DNA of 37,771 nucleotides from Catajapyx aquilonaris (GCA_000934665.2 JYFJ02003772.1:1-37771); one strand, 5' to 3'. Counted from the stretch's first letter, positions 12,766-26,200 are shown. Numbers and translations: made by a program. The notes: generated by a model from the letters alone, not told the origin.

Positions 12766-15700
12766 GTCGGCCTCGACTTCATCTTGGGGGGGGGGGGGGG
12801 TNGGGGGGGGGGTATAGGTTGGTGGTAACGCGTTTTAATCAAAGGAGAGTGGGAAATCTGCCAAGACAATGTGAACAACTCAGGAATTTTCCAACAGTCG
12901 CATTTTGAATACCCTGGTGGGTTCTTGGGAGCGATGAGCTGTAACTTGTTTCGAGGGTTATAGCCATGATTTTTTTTTCTTAGTAAAATAACTTTATGCG
13001 CCTGGCAGTTTACCAGAATTGCAACCATTTCGAGATGGGGATGAACACATGGGGGTGTTATTAGGTGCGGATAGGTTGGAAGTCACCTTCCAGAAACATG
13101 ACTCCATTTTTTAAAAAAAAACAAGGCAGAGCGCCATCTGCTTACCAGTTGTTGAACTGGGAAGGAGATAAGCTGGAAGGCGCCATCTGTTGATAAGGGT
13201 GGTCAACTGGATAGCACGAGTTTGGGTAGAGAGGCAATGGCCTTAAGAAATACAGGGTATTGCAGTGATTTTAAAGAGTGGTCTTCAGTTGTAAGATTCA
13301 AACGAGCATCTGCTGGAGTAAACAATCAGCACTCTATAGGATATTCTAACAAGAGCACATAAACTATCAGGTGTACAGTACTATGTGGTTATTCTACAGT
13401 TAGACCTACTTATTGCGTAAAATAGCGTACAGTACAAATAGGTCTCATTACTGCCTCAACACTAGGCTGCACGAATTAATTTATTTATGGCCACCCGCAA
13501 CTGCGTGTAACATAATGTGGCCTATGTGTATAATTTCAAGTCTCGGTAAAATATCATCCTAATCCTAGAGCTTATACCTGGAGTCATGAAATGGTGCTTT
13601 TAAAGTCCAAAAAGAGCAAAGTGAGGTAACAGATGTGGGAAGGGAAGTGCGCATCGTAACGTGGGTGTAATCTGGCAAAGGTTATATTCATGTTTGGTTT
13701 GCAGTATACTGCGAGAAAGCAAAATAATGAGGGCTGGTGTTTGAGGTTTACCAGTTGGTATATGTACAGTTTGGTAGCGAACCACAAATATTACAATAAA
13801 AGAGGCCAATATTATTTCAAAATAATTTATTCTATACATAAAGCGTAATGAGCTTCTGTAAACGCGTAATCACAAAATTCGCAGATACCATTGTGATCTG
13901 ACTTTTGTTACACCCGGCACAGCTTAAAATTGAGAGTTAACATTTAATGGCATATTATAGCCGCCTAAAGCTCGAGATAATTGGTCCCCTCACTGTAACG
14001 TGGAGGCATCGAATATTATACATGTTTACATTTAAATGAGTGTATGTTATATTGTGCAGCAGGTATATCAAATATTGCTAGTCTCTGTGATGTCGCGAGC
14101 AGATTCGACTGTACTATAGATATATTAATGCTTCAAAGGATTTTCTCAAAGCAGTGGAATATTATTGCAGTTCGTTACCGTCCGACCTTTCACCAGCAAA
14201 GCATCGAATACCTATATACAAGTCTCAGAAATGTCAAAATATTGTCGTCTGATGCGCATTTGCTCGACTGACACAGACTTCATAAATGCGCACATTTTGT
14301 GCTTAGCAAACAACCTAGAAGACGATATCAGAATGTAGCAGAATGACGCAGAAGACACCGATGACACGGACATATCCGATGTCGTTCCTCCAGCAGCTGA
14401 AAGCCAAGTGACAACGATACCATCGTTGTTTACGTCCATTACCATTAATTACAGCATGTAGGGTCAGTGACAGTCGCTGGTTGGAAAAGGTCATGGTGAA
14501 GAGATTATATTACCATGACCTAATCCGGTTACATCCAAGCCTTTAATAGTTTTGTGTCCCTTTGTCGCCAAAGCTCTGAATGGCCGTTTCATCTTAAAGG
14601 AGGTCACCTCGACTCCAAGTTAGCGGTCATGATCTAAAGCTGTCAGACTGCACTTCCGCTCGATACTATGCTTGCTCCCCTATGATGGGGGCTTGTTTCT
14701 TGTCCGGGTGAAGAGATTTTGCCCAGGAAACCCCCCCCCCNCCCCCCCCCCCCCCCCACCCTTCTACCCGGATTGTTATTTCCTCCAAGCTCAGATTCCC
14801 CCAAGAGGGGACTAAAGGATGATGGAAGCCAAGCAAAGCCCGCGGGCTAAAGGTCATCATATGGCCATGTGAGAAGAGCTATAAAAATCTATTGGGAACT
14901 TCAAATAGCCTGTGTACTTTGGGCATGTGATAGTGGAAAAAAAAGTATGACATCCTTCTTATTTATGTACTGTATAATTTTTTGCATTAATAATTTTGTT
15001 TAAATTTCGGCACATGCTGATTTATTAATTACATAATATACTTTATTACATATTGAGCTGTTTATACATATAATAGTTAGATACTGTAATCTACTTATTA
15101 ATTATCAGGCGATAGGACAATGTCCTTTTAAGAGTGGATACCGTACCAAAAAGGGCGCAAGTACAGGACGCAATTAAAAACCAACAAAAATTCATATAAA
15201 ATCATGATTATATTAACCAGATAAACATGTGCAGATGTGAAGCCAATTAGCGCGTATTAGCCTAGATATTAATTAGGAGCATAGAAATAGGACATGTTTA
15301 CTACAGCTCTTTGCAATGTGTACAGCGCAGCTAGGTAGGCGTGAGTTGCCTACGAGGACTAATCTATAAGGAAAACCAAGTGTATAAGTAGAGGTAAATC
15401 AGCTTACGAAGTGCATTAATGCTCCGATGCGGATGATCCATACATCACGTGGGGTTTTCTGCGTAGCGAAACACCCGGCTTGAATTATCACCGCTTTGCA
15501 TTATTAACTTAAGTACTGCTGTATACGCCCCCCTTTCTGGACTTGCTTTTAAATGGGAGAAAATCAAGTTGACAGTCTCCACCTGGGGGGACTGGAAAGT
15601 AAATATTTAAAGTTTCTTCTCATTACAAGGCTTCTCAGGGACAAACGTGTTATTCTAGTTCATAAACCGGCAATGACCCCGCTGATTTTAATCTCAACTA

Positions 15701-15971
15701 CTACCCCACTTCCCTGTTTTAGTGACTCGTAAATGATACTGCCACTTTGGAACGACGAATTAGTCACTCCAGTCGCGCATGATATGCATTACTTTCTCCA
15801 GCCACGCATGCGCACTGGTATCGCATGGAGAAAGTAATCCATCACATTTTCACTACTAGAGGTAGTAAATTGTTATGCAAATATGACTCCAAAATAAATG
15901 TCAGGGGTTGAAATTCAAGCTGATGATGGCATTGTACAGTTTCCTCTTAGGGTTGGCCGTCACCCGACATT

Positions 15972-15995
15972 ACTGTACACTGTACAGTGTACAGT
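15972..15995. repeat. Perfect 24-bp palindrome
   Basis: ACTGTACACTGTACAGTGTACAGT equals its own reverse complement. Confidence 0.9.
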
Positions 15996-18250
15996 GTGTA
16001 AACAGTATTGCACATCCCATCAAGGTGCAGGGGATAATTACGCAAGAGGTCACAAAGCACCTTTGAGTCTCCTGAGATTAAAGAAGTAAAACTAATTTAA
16101 GCGCTCTACCTTGCTTACAAAGTATAACTCTTGTGTGTATATAGAATATACGTATACTTTTTTCACACATTTTATAAGGTAAAAATAGCGTACATTATCA
16201 GTAGATCGAACTTAGGTTACTACCCCCTCCATTTACCTGGAAATATGTACTGAACAATAGTCATATTGTCCAGTCACGCTCACAAAATGCAAAAAAAACC
16301 GAGAGCAAACCGCGCATGATCGATCGTCTATATTGTGACTGACACTGTCATCGACTTGTGAACGGAAAGAAGTCATAGGAGAAGAGACGAGAGCTAATTG
16401 TTTTGGGGCCAATTCACACACCAGCTATGTGTCCTTTTCACCTTGAAAATCGCCAGTTTCAATCTCTTCGATTTTGCGCGCAACTACTGGTCGATTTCTC
16501 CTTTCTCGGCAGCTTTATCTAGTAGAAATCGGTACCATTGGGGTTGCTAAAACCACCTGTTCGTTCCTCCATCAACACTGCATCACGTCTCGCTATATAG
16601 TCGTGCCAAAAAAAAAATTGGCAGTCGCAAAAATCCCCTAGCTGCCATACCTCATCTCTCGGTTTCAATAAACACATTACGGCTGTCAACAATACCAGAG
16701 CCAAACCCCCATTGATCATTTGGAGAACATGGTTGTGGGCATGTCTCTGGTCATTTGGCAGAGATTGGGACAACTGCGTAGATCAGCGGTGTAATACTGG
16801 TTTTGAGGACTTGTTTTGTATTTGTGAAACAAGCTCTATTATTCATCTTCTCACTATTTTGTGCACTATTGGCGGAGTTTGCGAACAAACTGGTTTTGTC
16901 GTATTTTTTTGCAATGCAAATGTGGCTGGGTGGAACCGGAATGGGTTAATAATGTGCAAAGCAATTAGTCGCAACAAAGTGTCGCGCCGATTTGACATGT
17001 ACAGTTCAACTGTGCAAAACATGTGACTAAAGCGGTTTTTCCATTAAGCTCGCAAGGCCGTCCTATCAAATTAGAGAACAATAAAAGTGTTATTGACATT
17101 GAATAGTGAAATGCCATGCTCTTAAGGCTTTCATCTGATATCACCTTGAGTTACAGAATTGAAGGTCAGGGACTCAGGGGTATACCATACGCCTACACTG
17201 TCATAGTTCGTGCCTTATAGTCCTATAGATGAATCACGCTGGATCCTCCGAGACATATTATTCTCTTTCACGGTACCTGTTGATTGGAAATTATGACAAG
17301 ATTGATGACTATAGATGTACGAGTTAATTAACCTACTGCTTCTGAAAATCTGAATATCGACCGACCCAGTAGCCCACTCAAATCCGATCATTCGTTAGAG
17401 GATAATTATTCATATTACAAATTATATATTTGTTTGGAAACAGCAAAACACGAAAATAATCCGGATTAATTGGTATAAAATGGGTGCAAAACCTATGACC
17501 TAGATTGACCCTTTAACATGATAACCCTCAACAGATCATGACATTTTATCGCGCAAAAGTGTGGTGTCGAACTCTATTTGAAATTCAGGCCTCCAACCAT
17601 ACACAGACAGCTCTTTAAATATTTAGAGTCATGATTAGCGACTGACAAAGTACAGTGTAACGTCGCAAAAAAAAGTCAGAACAACAGAGAGTTTCGTAGG
17701 TCACGTTCTGAAGTTTCCAGTTGAATTGTTCGTTGGTGTCGATAAATATTGCAATCTGTGGCCTTGAAGGCACTAAAATTTATTTTTATATTCTACATAA
17801 CTTGAACCCCCAAAACATTGTCGAAAAGTCTCTCTACTAACTTCGCTATTGAACGGCCTAGTGGTTTCTAAATTACTTGTCACCTTGAAATCGAGCCAAA
17901 CACCCCTATTTTAAATGACTCGTTCTATCAACTAAAAGCATTTCGCCTCTAAAGAAGTGGTTGCTATTTCAACCGGTACTGAAAGTGAACACCACTCAAA
18001 TTGCGCGAATAAACCACCTCAAAGCACATAATATTTTCAAGATTCCACAAGGTCACATCTGGCCTTCAAAATGTCCACGAATATTTACGAACATCCTGTG
18101 ATTTTACTCAAAAACATCCGATATCAATTTAACAAAAACTGGAATAGGTTGCCAAATATTTTTTGATAAGGTAAAGGCAAAGGTTTAATTGTTAATTTTA
18201 GTTCTTATAACCAGGCTTAATTGACGTTCTGATTTTATGTAATTATTCGA

Positions 18251-18302
18251 TGTGTTCAGAAAGTTCTCATGATTAGTGTGTTCAGAAAGTTCTCATGATT
18301 AG
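18251..18302. repeat. Exact 26-bp tandem duplication
   Basis: TGTGTTCAGAAAGTTCTCATGATTAG x2. Confidence 0.95.
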
Positions 18303-19593
18303 AAAGTATGTTCATAATATCTCAAATTAAGCGGAAATTCCACCATTTTGAAAATCATATCTTGTGGCCATATCCTAAACCCTATCAAATTAAACCAACC
18401 AAATCTTTGGCATTCCTTCCAACATTTTCCATCTAGTTAGCTCCACGCCTCAGCTAAAACGACCCACTTCTTCTCGCAAAAAAAAAGAAACATCCGCCGC
18501 AGTCTGCAATATTTGCGAGTCTATTTCGGCTTCCACGTGCTTGAGAAACAGAATTCTTCCAATCGCCTAGAAGCAGTTGGGCAACGTTATTGCTGTCATC
18601 TTCGATATACATCCAACACCAGTTCAATCCGACGTAAAAATGGCAGCCATACACACTAGCTATCAGGTTGACAAAAGGGTATGTCTCAACTGGTGTGTCC
18701 TATTGGTGGAATACTATTCAACAGCCTGTGACCTGCTATCCGGATCAACTATGTGACCTCTATATTAATTTATTCCTACCACTAATATAATGCTGCCAGC
18801 AGAGAGTCAAGGACGAGAACTTCACATGCACAACCCCGTGCCGATACGGCTCACTTATGCGTGACTTCTACGATATTGAGTACGTGTGAGTGAGAACCTG
18901 TTGAATGCATGTCAGAAACATGTGATTCAATTATAAGCCAGTGTGTGGGATGGGACAAAGAGGTGGCTCTAATTAAATGGTGTCAGAAACAGGTGATGGC
19001 GAATTTTTGCCAGCAATATTTGAAGCACTATAGTAAACTGAGTTAGCTGTTTTGAAGAAGAAAAAATGGCCTTGAGCACACTTTAAAAAAATCTGCAAAA
19101 CCACATCAGTAATGATAAAACTAGTTTTGACATCACAAAGGTTTTTTTTTTTTTTTACAAAATTGTTTTTGAAGGCAAACTTCTTCACGTGCAATGCCCT
19201 CTTTTCCTTTAATATAAAATAATGCGGAAGATTTTGTTTTGCGGATGTGAATCAAGGCGAAAACTGACCTACCCTACTGCGTTTCATCTTGAGGGCTTCT
19301 TCTTTGATCATTTCTGACTGGGAATAGTCTAGTCGTTAACTCATTGCATAAGCGACTCCCCAGACTTATTACACGCCTGATTTTGCCGCCGGGCGTATAA
19401 GATGACTGCAAAGTAAGTTAGAGTCCATATAAATCAAGCTGAGGATTATCCTGATTCGCATTGGTGGTAATCATCACATATAAATTATGGGAGTCATAAA
19501 TAATATCGAAAGAGCAGGTTATGAACCACGTAAATCAGCTCTTATTTTTGGCATACTGTATGATGGAAAGGCATAGTATTTATTGCAAAAATG

Positions 19594-19738
19594 GTTAAAC
19601 CAAAGAACGATCTGACGTCACACCAGCTGTGTTTTTGGAGCATGCGCAGTATGCTTGCAGAGCAATTCGGGGACATGATTGGAGGGAAGATACGGGAGGC
19701 GGGGCTGAAAGTGACGTCAGATCGTTCTTTCGTTTAAC
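19594..19738. mobile_element. 145-bp MITE with 28-bp TIRs
   Basis: GTTAAACCAAAGAACGATCTGACGTCAC (19594-19621) vs GTGACGTCAGATCGTTCTTTCGTTTAAC (19711-19738), one mismatch; superfamily not assigned. Confidence 0.8.
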
Positions 19739-19740
19739 GG

Positions 19741-19940
19741 ACTGTTTGGTGTGGTGGTTAGCTCGACTGCTAATCCTAGGTTCGAATCCAGGGGCCGGCA
19801 ACAGTGGTTTTCTCAGTGTGGTTCCCCAGGATAATTCCGGGGGAATAGGCCTTCCTTCTCTATCCTTGGCACCATCCAATGGTGGTACTCCACCCCCCTA
19901 ATGGAGCGCCGGTTCTCCCAATGGGATATAAATAAATAAA
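19741..19940 (+). mobile_element. tRNA-derived SINE (degenerate copy)
   Basis: A-box-like TGGTGTGGTGG, GACTGCTAATC, B-box GGTTCGAATCC, core shared with the 36256 copy (GGGCCGGCAAC..GTGGTTTTCT..CCAGGA.AATTCCGG..CTTCCTT), (TAAA)n tail. Confidence 0.8.
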
Positions 19941-19941
19941 G

Positions 19942-19996
19942 TAACCTAAAATAACCTAAAATAACCTAAAATAACCTAACCTAACCTAACCTAACC
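19942..19996. repeat. (TAACCTAAAA)3 followed by (TAACC)5, equivalent to (TTAGG)n on the minus strand
   Basis: Direct reading; abuts the SINE tail. Confidence 0.9.
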
Positions 19997-22374
19997 AAAA
20001 ATTTAACAATTTTTTTTTCCAATCCCCATCAGAACCTCTACCATTCTTATCATAGTTAAGCCCATATTCTTTTAGCTTACCCTATACCACCGATCAATGT
20101 CCGGAATAGTCACGCTTAGCAGCCAGCTCTTCAGCGATATACAACATGTTTCAACGACCTGACACCCTCTCCTATATAAAAAAAACTAGGGGTTGCCAAC
20201 AAAGTGCAAATTCTCGGAGTGCCTGTCTCTTGAAGAAGATTCTAACGCGGAAGCCCCCAGTTGCTTACACATACTCCAACCGATAGAGTATCAGCACCGG
20301 TGCAAAGCAGATTTTTCATTGCTTGGAAGATTCACTCGGCCGTTTATTTTTGGGTCCTACAGGCCTATATCTCAAGTGCTCTCTAAATGAACCGCATACT
20401 CTCAAGGTTGACTCTGCTTTTTTTTCTAAACACGCCATGCTTTAGGTATGAAAAAAAAATCATAAGCAGGGTGATGAATGAGCCTAATTAGAAGGTTTTA
20501 AAAATTTGGCATGGTGTGAAATTGGGAGTTAATCTCATGGGGTTGCAAAATGTTTATTTGTGGATTGTATAGAATGGCATAGAAAAATAGCGGAGGATTT
20601 CGACCTGCAAATTACTTCTTGGAAATTCTAGAGAAGCCACCCCAAAATATCGATCATTGAATCAATTTCGGTCCCCTTTTGAACCGAGTCGAGGATTCGT
20701 AATGGAAGTGAAACCTCATATTTGTCACTCCAACTGATATACAGTTGAGAGCACGACTGCCTCGAATTTGAATACGAGGTGAACCGTTCGTCAATATTTC
20801 ACATGACTCAACAGAATGGGGAAAAAAACACACGTCTATTTCAGAAGTATTAGCATATCGGGTGCGCAGTTATGCCTAGGTCTCATTGTGGTTTTTGGAC
20901 ATGAAATTTATTTCTGCCTATCATAGAAATTTCAATAGTGGAATGATTTTCTTACCGGTACTTTAAAAATATATTTTCCGATATTTCCAAAGTTCAGAAA
21001 CACTAACTTCATCTAACCTACACTGATATCCCATCTCTTCCTTACCGAATTACATGCATTAAAGGTGCAAATTTTGTCCCAGTTTTTTCGACTCCTACAA
21101 GTTAGTTGGACTTGCAAATGTCCATCTACGTAGTTTCACTGGCATAGTATGTAAATCATGTTACACGCGCCTCTGAAGTTTACTCTCACTGTGAGGGGAG
21201 TTCCGCTTCGTTTCTCCTAAACAAAAATTGCTGGTGTTAGATAACTAGGAGTGCCTTAACCCCCAGTGTTAGACGTCATAATAAAGGAGAGGACATATAC
21301 GTAACTCGAAATAACCAGGCTCCATTCATGTCCCAGATTTTCAAAAGGGGCAGGACTGATCAGGGGGAGCTTAACGAGCCGCCTTTCATGTAACAAGCTG
21401 ACTTACAAAATAAAACCTCTAGAGTCAACTAGAGGGGATGGATATGTATACCTCAAAATCCCCACAGCAACACAAGTTCAAGGCTATAAAACTCGCAGAC
21501 TAGAGAGTCTATTCTCTGTTACACAAAGTAAATTCTGTAAGCTTGCTGGGTTGTTGCTATGTGAAGGTTCCGACACGATTTGAAATGTATATGATATGGA
21601 GCAGACGATTGTAGACATATCAGTGGCTGTTAGCTGTCTAGACTATCGTTATATTAATATGAAACATACCCCCAACTAAGGCCTTCCGACCTTTAAAAAA
21701 AATTGTGGATGCAAATATGTCAGCAGGTTACATGCGGTGCATTCTAAATTGGGCGTGATGATATATGCTATTGTTTAGAGTTAACTAATCACATCTAGTA
21801 GATATGCATAAAGCGATAAGATTCCGGTAGTACGTCACTACACTTGCGCAAGATCACGCACCGGAATGACCAGAAATATGTGAAATATCCACCAACAGGT
21901 ACTAAGTTGTATAATTAATGCGTTTAATTATTCTGACGTACATCTTATCAATATGTGACCCTCAGAGGGCATATAAAATTATACTACACACTGGTCAGTA
22001 CCGGTTTGCACTGCATGTCAGACAGACTTGCATTGAGGGAATTCTTATTTAGAAAGACATTTTGACACGACCTGTCGAAGCATCCGTCACAACCAGCTCT
22101 CCTATGGTGAAGCATCCGTTTTATTTAAACCAATCAGCGTGTAAGTCAAGGGCATATTACAAGCCGAATTATATCAGAAGCTTCCATTAGTCGATAGCGG
22201 TGCGTACCATCTGCAGCATTGTTATCTCTGTTGACGCACAGGTCAGTCAACTGGTTAATGTTTCCTTTTAAAAAAATCCTTTACAGGAGCGGCCCCATCG
22301 AAGTGACACCTGAGGACATCGAACATTTTGCGGTTATGTGGAGTTCCGGATGTTGCGCTCAAGACTGAGCCGTG

Positions 22375-23218
22375 ATGTCCCCAACCTTCGCCTCCTTCAA
22401 CACGTCCATCTCCAACCTCCTGGTGGCCAACGTGTCCCTGATGAACAACACCACGTCGTTGGTAGGCCTGACGGAGGTTCAGGCAAGGGTGCCGTACCCT
22501 CCAAAACGGGACCCTCTGTATGTGGTCATACCCATCACGCTGGTATATGTGCTCATCTTCTTCAGCGGCATCATCGGAAACGTCAGCACCTGTGTGGTCA
22601 TCGCCAAAAACAAGTACATGCACACAGCCACCAATTATTACCTGTTCAGTCTGGCCATATCAGATCTTCTCCTGCTGATATCTGGTCTGCCTCCGGAGAT
22701 ATACCAGATATGGTCCAAAACCTACATCTTCGGGGAGCCATTCTGCATCATCAGAGGTCTCGCTGCCGAGACGTCAGCGAACGCCACGGTTCTGACCATA
22801 ACGGCATTCACGGTCGAGCGGTATGTCGCAATATGTCATCCGTTACGCTCCCACACGATGTCCAAACTCTCCAGAGCTGTCCGATTCATCCTGTCCATAT
22901 GGATCCTGGCGTTGCTTCTGGCTGTACCGCAGGCCATACAGTTCGGAGTGGTGTACGAGGCGTTGCCGAACAACACTCCGAACTGGGCATCGGCACAATG
23001 CACGGTCAAGCGCTTCATCGTCAAACACACGTTCGAGATATCAACCTTCTTGTTCTTCGTGACACCAATGACGCTGATCACCGTCATGTACGTGCTGATC
23101 GGATTGAAGCTAAGGGGATCCAGGAGGATCACCAGAAGGGTGTCCGGTATGTCCGACGGGGTCGAAGACCGACGCGCAGGAGGAAGAGCGGCGCAGAAAC
23201 ACGTCGTCAAAATGCTGG
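22375..23218 (+). CDS. Pyrokinin/PBAN receptor coding exon 1 (N-terminus, TM1-TM5, ICL3)
   Basis: ATG 22375 follows an in-frame TGA at 22366; N-terminal N-x-S/T sites; ends KML-G|GTGAGT donor at 23219 (phase 1); probable upstream acceptor TTTACAG ending 22286. Confidence 0.95.
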
Positions 23219-26200
23219 GTGAGTTATAGATTGGACAATACAGGGTGATCCATAAGCATATAAATACAATTCAAATGGAAATTGGAAAGAACGAAACGCA
23301 TGCGCACTCCCACCGGTAGATCCCGATGTGTAATTGGCAGTGCGCGACTAATGCTGGATTCACTAAATGAGACTGTTTCGGAACACCCTGTAGCAAGGAC
23401 AAGGGGTATAAATATCCGATCCCTGTCCTATGAGGCGTTGGCAAACAGGTTCAAGTGTCGTAAAAAATAATTGACTCTTATCCTGAGAGCTAACTAGTGC
23501 GCCGGAACATTTTAGTAGAGGTATATACTGCGCACACACAGGGCTTGACTTGATGACAAATTTTTGTGCATAATTATTACACTGTACACCCTTAACAATG
23601 TTTACATTCCGAAAGCCTCTCGAGTCTTCGATCATTAAAAAAATCCAGCAATGGGACCAGTGCAACTTGATGCAATTCCTAGCATGGTTTGTGCCCAAAA
23701 TATTTTCCAAGCTGATAGAGATTTTAGGTTCGGAAGTGCCTGCGGAATAATTCGCAGCACGTTTGCTATCCCGTAAATTTACGCGCAGTCACCCTCATGC
23801 GGCCTTATAAAACCGCAAAAAGCTTTTTGGATTTAACCTGGCTTGTTGCGGGGTTGTTTGTGGGAGGATATTACAGTAGTTTTTGCCATATTGTAATGAC
23901 ATTCAGATGAAATTTTTTTTACACATTTAGATAATATTAGAATTGCAATAATATCGGTCACCAGGACATTAAATATTCTCAGCCTTTGACATCGTGACGT
24001 ATTTTGTCTGATGCTGTTATTGACATGTTCCCTGCTGTTTGATGCAGCGTAGCCTACAAAAGAACTGTGATGTATTACTATCTCCAGCTAGATTTGGAGT
24101 CAAAACACATTTTAATTTCAGTCACCCTGTCCGCATAGATTTATGAGACCGCATCATGAATGTGGATAACCAAACATTGTAAAGGTCATACTAAGAGTTG
24201 AAGCAATCCATCAATTTACCAGCGTGTCACACGATAATGCAAACCGATAATACTCACGAACTAGTTCGTAAGCAAATCCTAGTAATTGGCTGAGTTATAA
24301 CAGTACTTCAAATGAATCAGTTTTAAAGAATGTGGCGTAGTTTGTATATAGACTCATTCTATATACAAACTACGCCACATTTTTAAGAGAGAACCACTTA
24401 ACTGCGGAAAAAAAGGTTGACATTTCAAACTTTGCTTGCAAATTCTCTCGAGGATTTTCAAGGTGACACGTACTTCTCGAAAAAAAATGTATTTTTTTCT
24501 CGCAGCTGTTGTAGACATGGGACTAACTACAACAAAGAGGAGGTGACAAAAAATCCTTCTTGGTTGCAACAAAACACGTCGTCTCGAATGTCTCCCAAAA
24601 ATCCACTTTACCTTAGACCCGATTTATCATCCGCCGACCTCCCCCCCCCCCCCATCCAAAATTGCGAAGTTGGCTTTCCTTTTCGAACCGTATTTTACAA
24701 TTGGGTTCTAATTCCAGCCAGCACCCAGCCAGCTCCCCGGAAAGTCGGGCCAATATCTCTGAAAATAAAGATCTTATTCCCTCCCTCCCTCTGAGTTCAA
24801 ACTTTGATCGAAACTGACTTTGTTGACTACCTCCAACTGTAAGCACCTGTAAAAAAAATGGGAAGGTACAGGGTGTGACTAAAATGGCAAGAGTAAGTCT
24901 GGATAGTGGACACTTGTCCATTACACAAATTTGCAAGCGATCAATTTTGTTAGGAACTGTTTCATTGTAATAATAGCAAATTCAATAATGGTTGAGTAAC
25001 TATAATCAGTAACTTATTATTAGAGAACGGATTTCTAGGTTCTAAAAAACCCTCAAATAGGTAGGCATTTAGGCTCTGAAAACAGTCAAAATAGGCTCTT
25101 AAATAGGCGCTATAAATCAAGCTGGTTCTAATTTATTTTAATTTCTACACGTATTTACAGCCTACTCCTGGCCATGGAATTTTGCAGAACAGTAACGAAC
25201 TAGCAGTTATTCCATATTTTCGTTGGTTAATCGCAGTTATTCGGCGACAGTTAAGATGCTCCCTCACGGGGAGCCGATATGGCCGATAGAAAATCCGTCG
25301 GGCCTAATGTAGCAGCTTATTTAACGGCTATTAATAACAGTTATTTCGACTCGCAATAGCTGTTACCAGGGATCTTGCCGATCAACCGCTTCTTCTCTCG
25401 TCACAGGTTGAGGTGGGAGGAATTCCTTGAACGGAAAACCTGCCGAACTCTCGAAAATCTTACCGAATCGCGTGAAAAAGGTCGAAATAGGCACTAATAG
25501 GTGCTAATAGGCCATTTAGGTCCCAACACCCGAAATAGGCATTTTTAGGTTCTATAAAACTACGATTTTTGAGGTCCTTGTGTTATGAAACGGATAGATA
25601 TTTTGGTTCCGGTGTTCTGCCTACAAAAGAAAAAGTAGGTAAAAACCTAGAAATCCGTTCTCTACTTATTATGATAAATAATACATGGTGTTTCAACTTT
25701 TTTGACCGAACAGTTATCGGAAAATTGCACGTAGCTGCTATTTTGTAAGCAGTGACTTGCAAACTGTGATTTTTCGGAGGAACGGGGAATATTCCCTGCG
25801 AATCGTAGCTGAAAATTGAGGGTCAAGCCTGGAAAAAAGAGGGTCACACATGCCATGGGATGTGTGACCATTTTTTCCCCCATTCCTCCGACAAATCACC
25901 GGTTGTAAGTCACTGCTTACAAAGTAGCAGCTACGTGCAATTTTCCGATAACTGTTCGGACAAAAAAGTTGAAACACCCTGTATATTACGAAAATGAACC
26001 CTTTACTCTGAATGTAGTATCACATTTCTCACATAGATGGCATATCTTTGTACACTACTGTTGGCCCCTCGCGGACAAACAGAGGCACAGTCCCATCCAG
26101 TTCTATATGCTAATAAAGCAAAAATAAAAGTGCATTTTAAAATAAGTGATATATATAAAACATTCAATAATAAATACCAATAAAATATCTATTCTGTAGT

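Noticed and set aside
14225..14460. RLMRICSTDTDF resembling a Penelope RT C-terminal motif, followed by an acidic stretch
   Set aside because: Single short motif without supporting flanking motifs.
16660..16775. Minus-strand PNLCQMTRDMPT..MFSK..AVMCL resembling the hAT dimerisation domain
   Set aside because: Too degenerate to call without a profile search.
18454..18654. ORF faintly resembling an RTE LINE C-terminus
   Set aside because: Similarity too weak.
19745..19800. Functional tRNA-Ser gene (also 36256-36330)
   Set aside because: No complete cloverleaf or acceptor stem, and followed by SINE core and tail; called as SINE heads.
19890..19930. Twister-ribozyme-like CCCC-TAA motif in SINE tails
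   Set aside because: Conserved twister pseudoknot nucleotides could not be placed.
21256..21436. piggyBac-like MITE (TTAACCCC ... GTCAACTAGAGGGG)
   Set aside because: Ends match poorly and the right TTAA is missing.
432..22250. Dozens of 60-170 aa ORFs in the ORF track
   Set aside because: No recognisable domains or exon chains; many start at GTG/TTG; expected by chance in eukaryotic non-coding DNA.
22255..23210. Antisense ORFs over the GPCR exon (and similar ones over cadherin exons)
   Set aside because: Shadow ORFs caused by sense-strand codon bias.
23239..24130. Tc1-like element bounded by TACAGGGTGA and TCACCCTG
   Set aside because: Only 8 bp of TIR match and no right TA.
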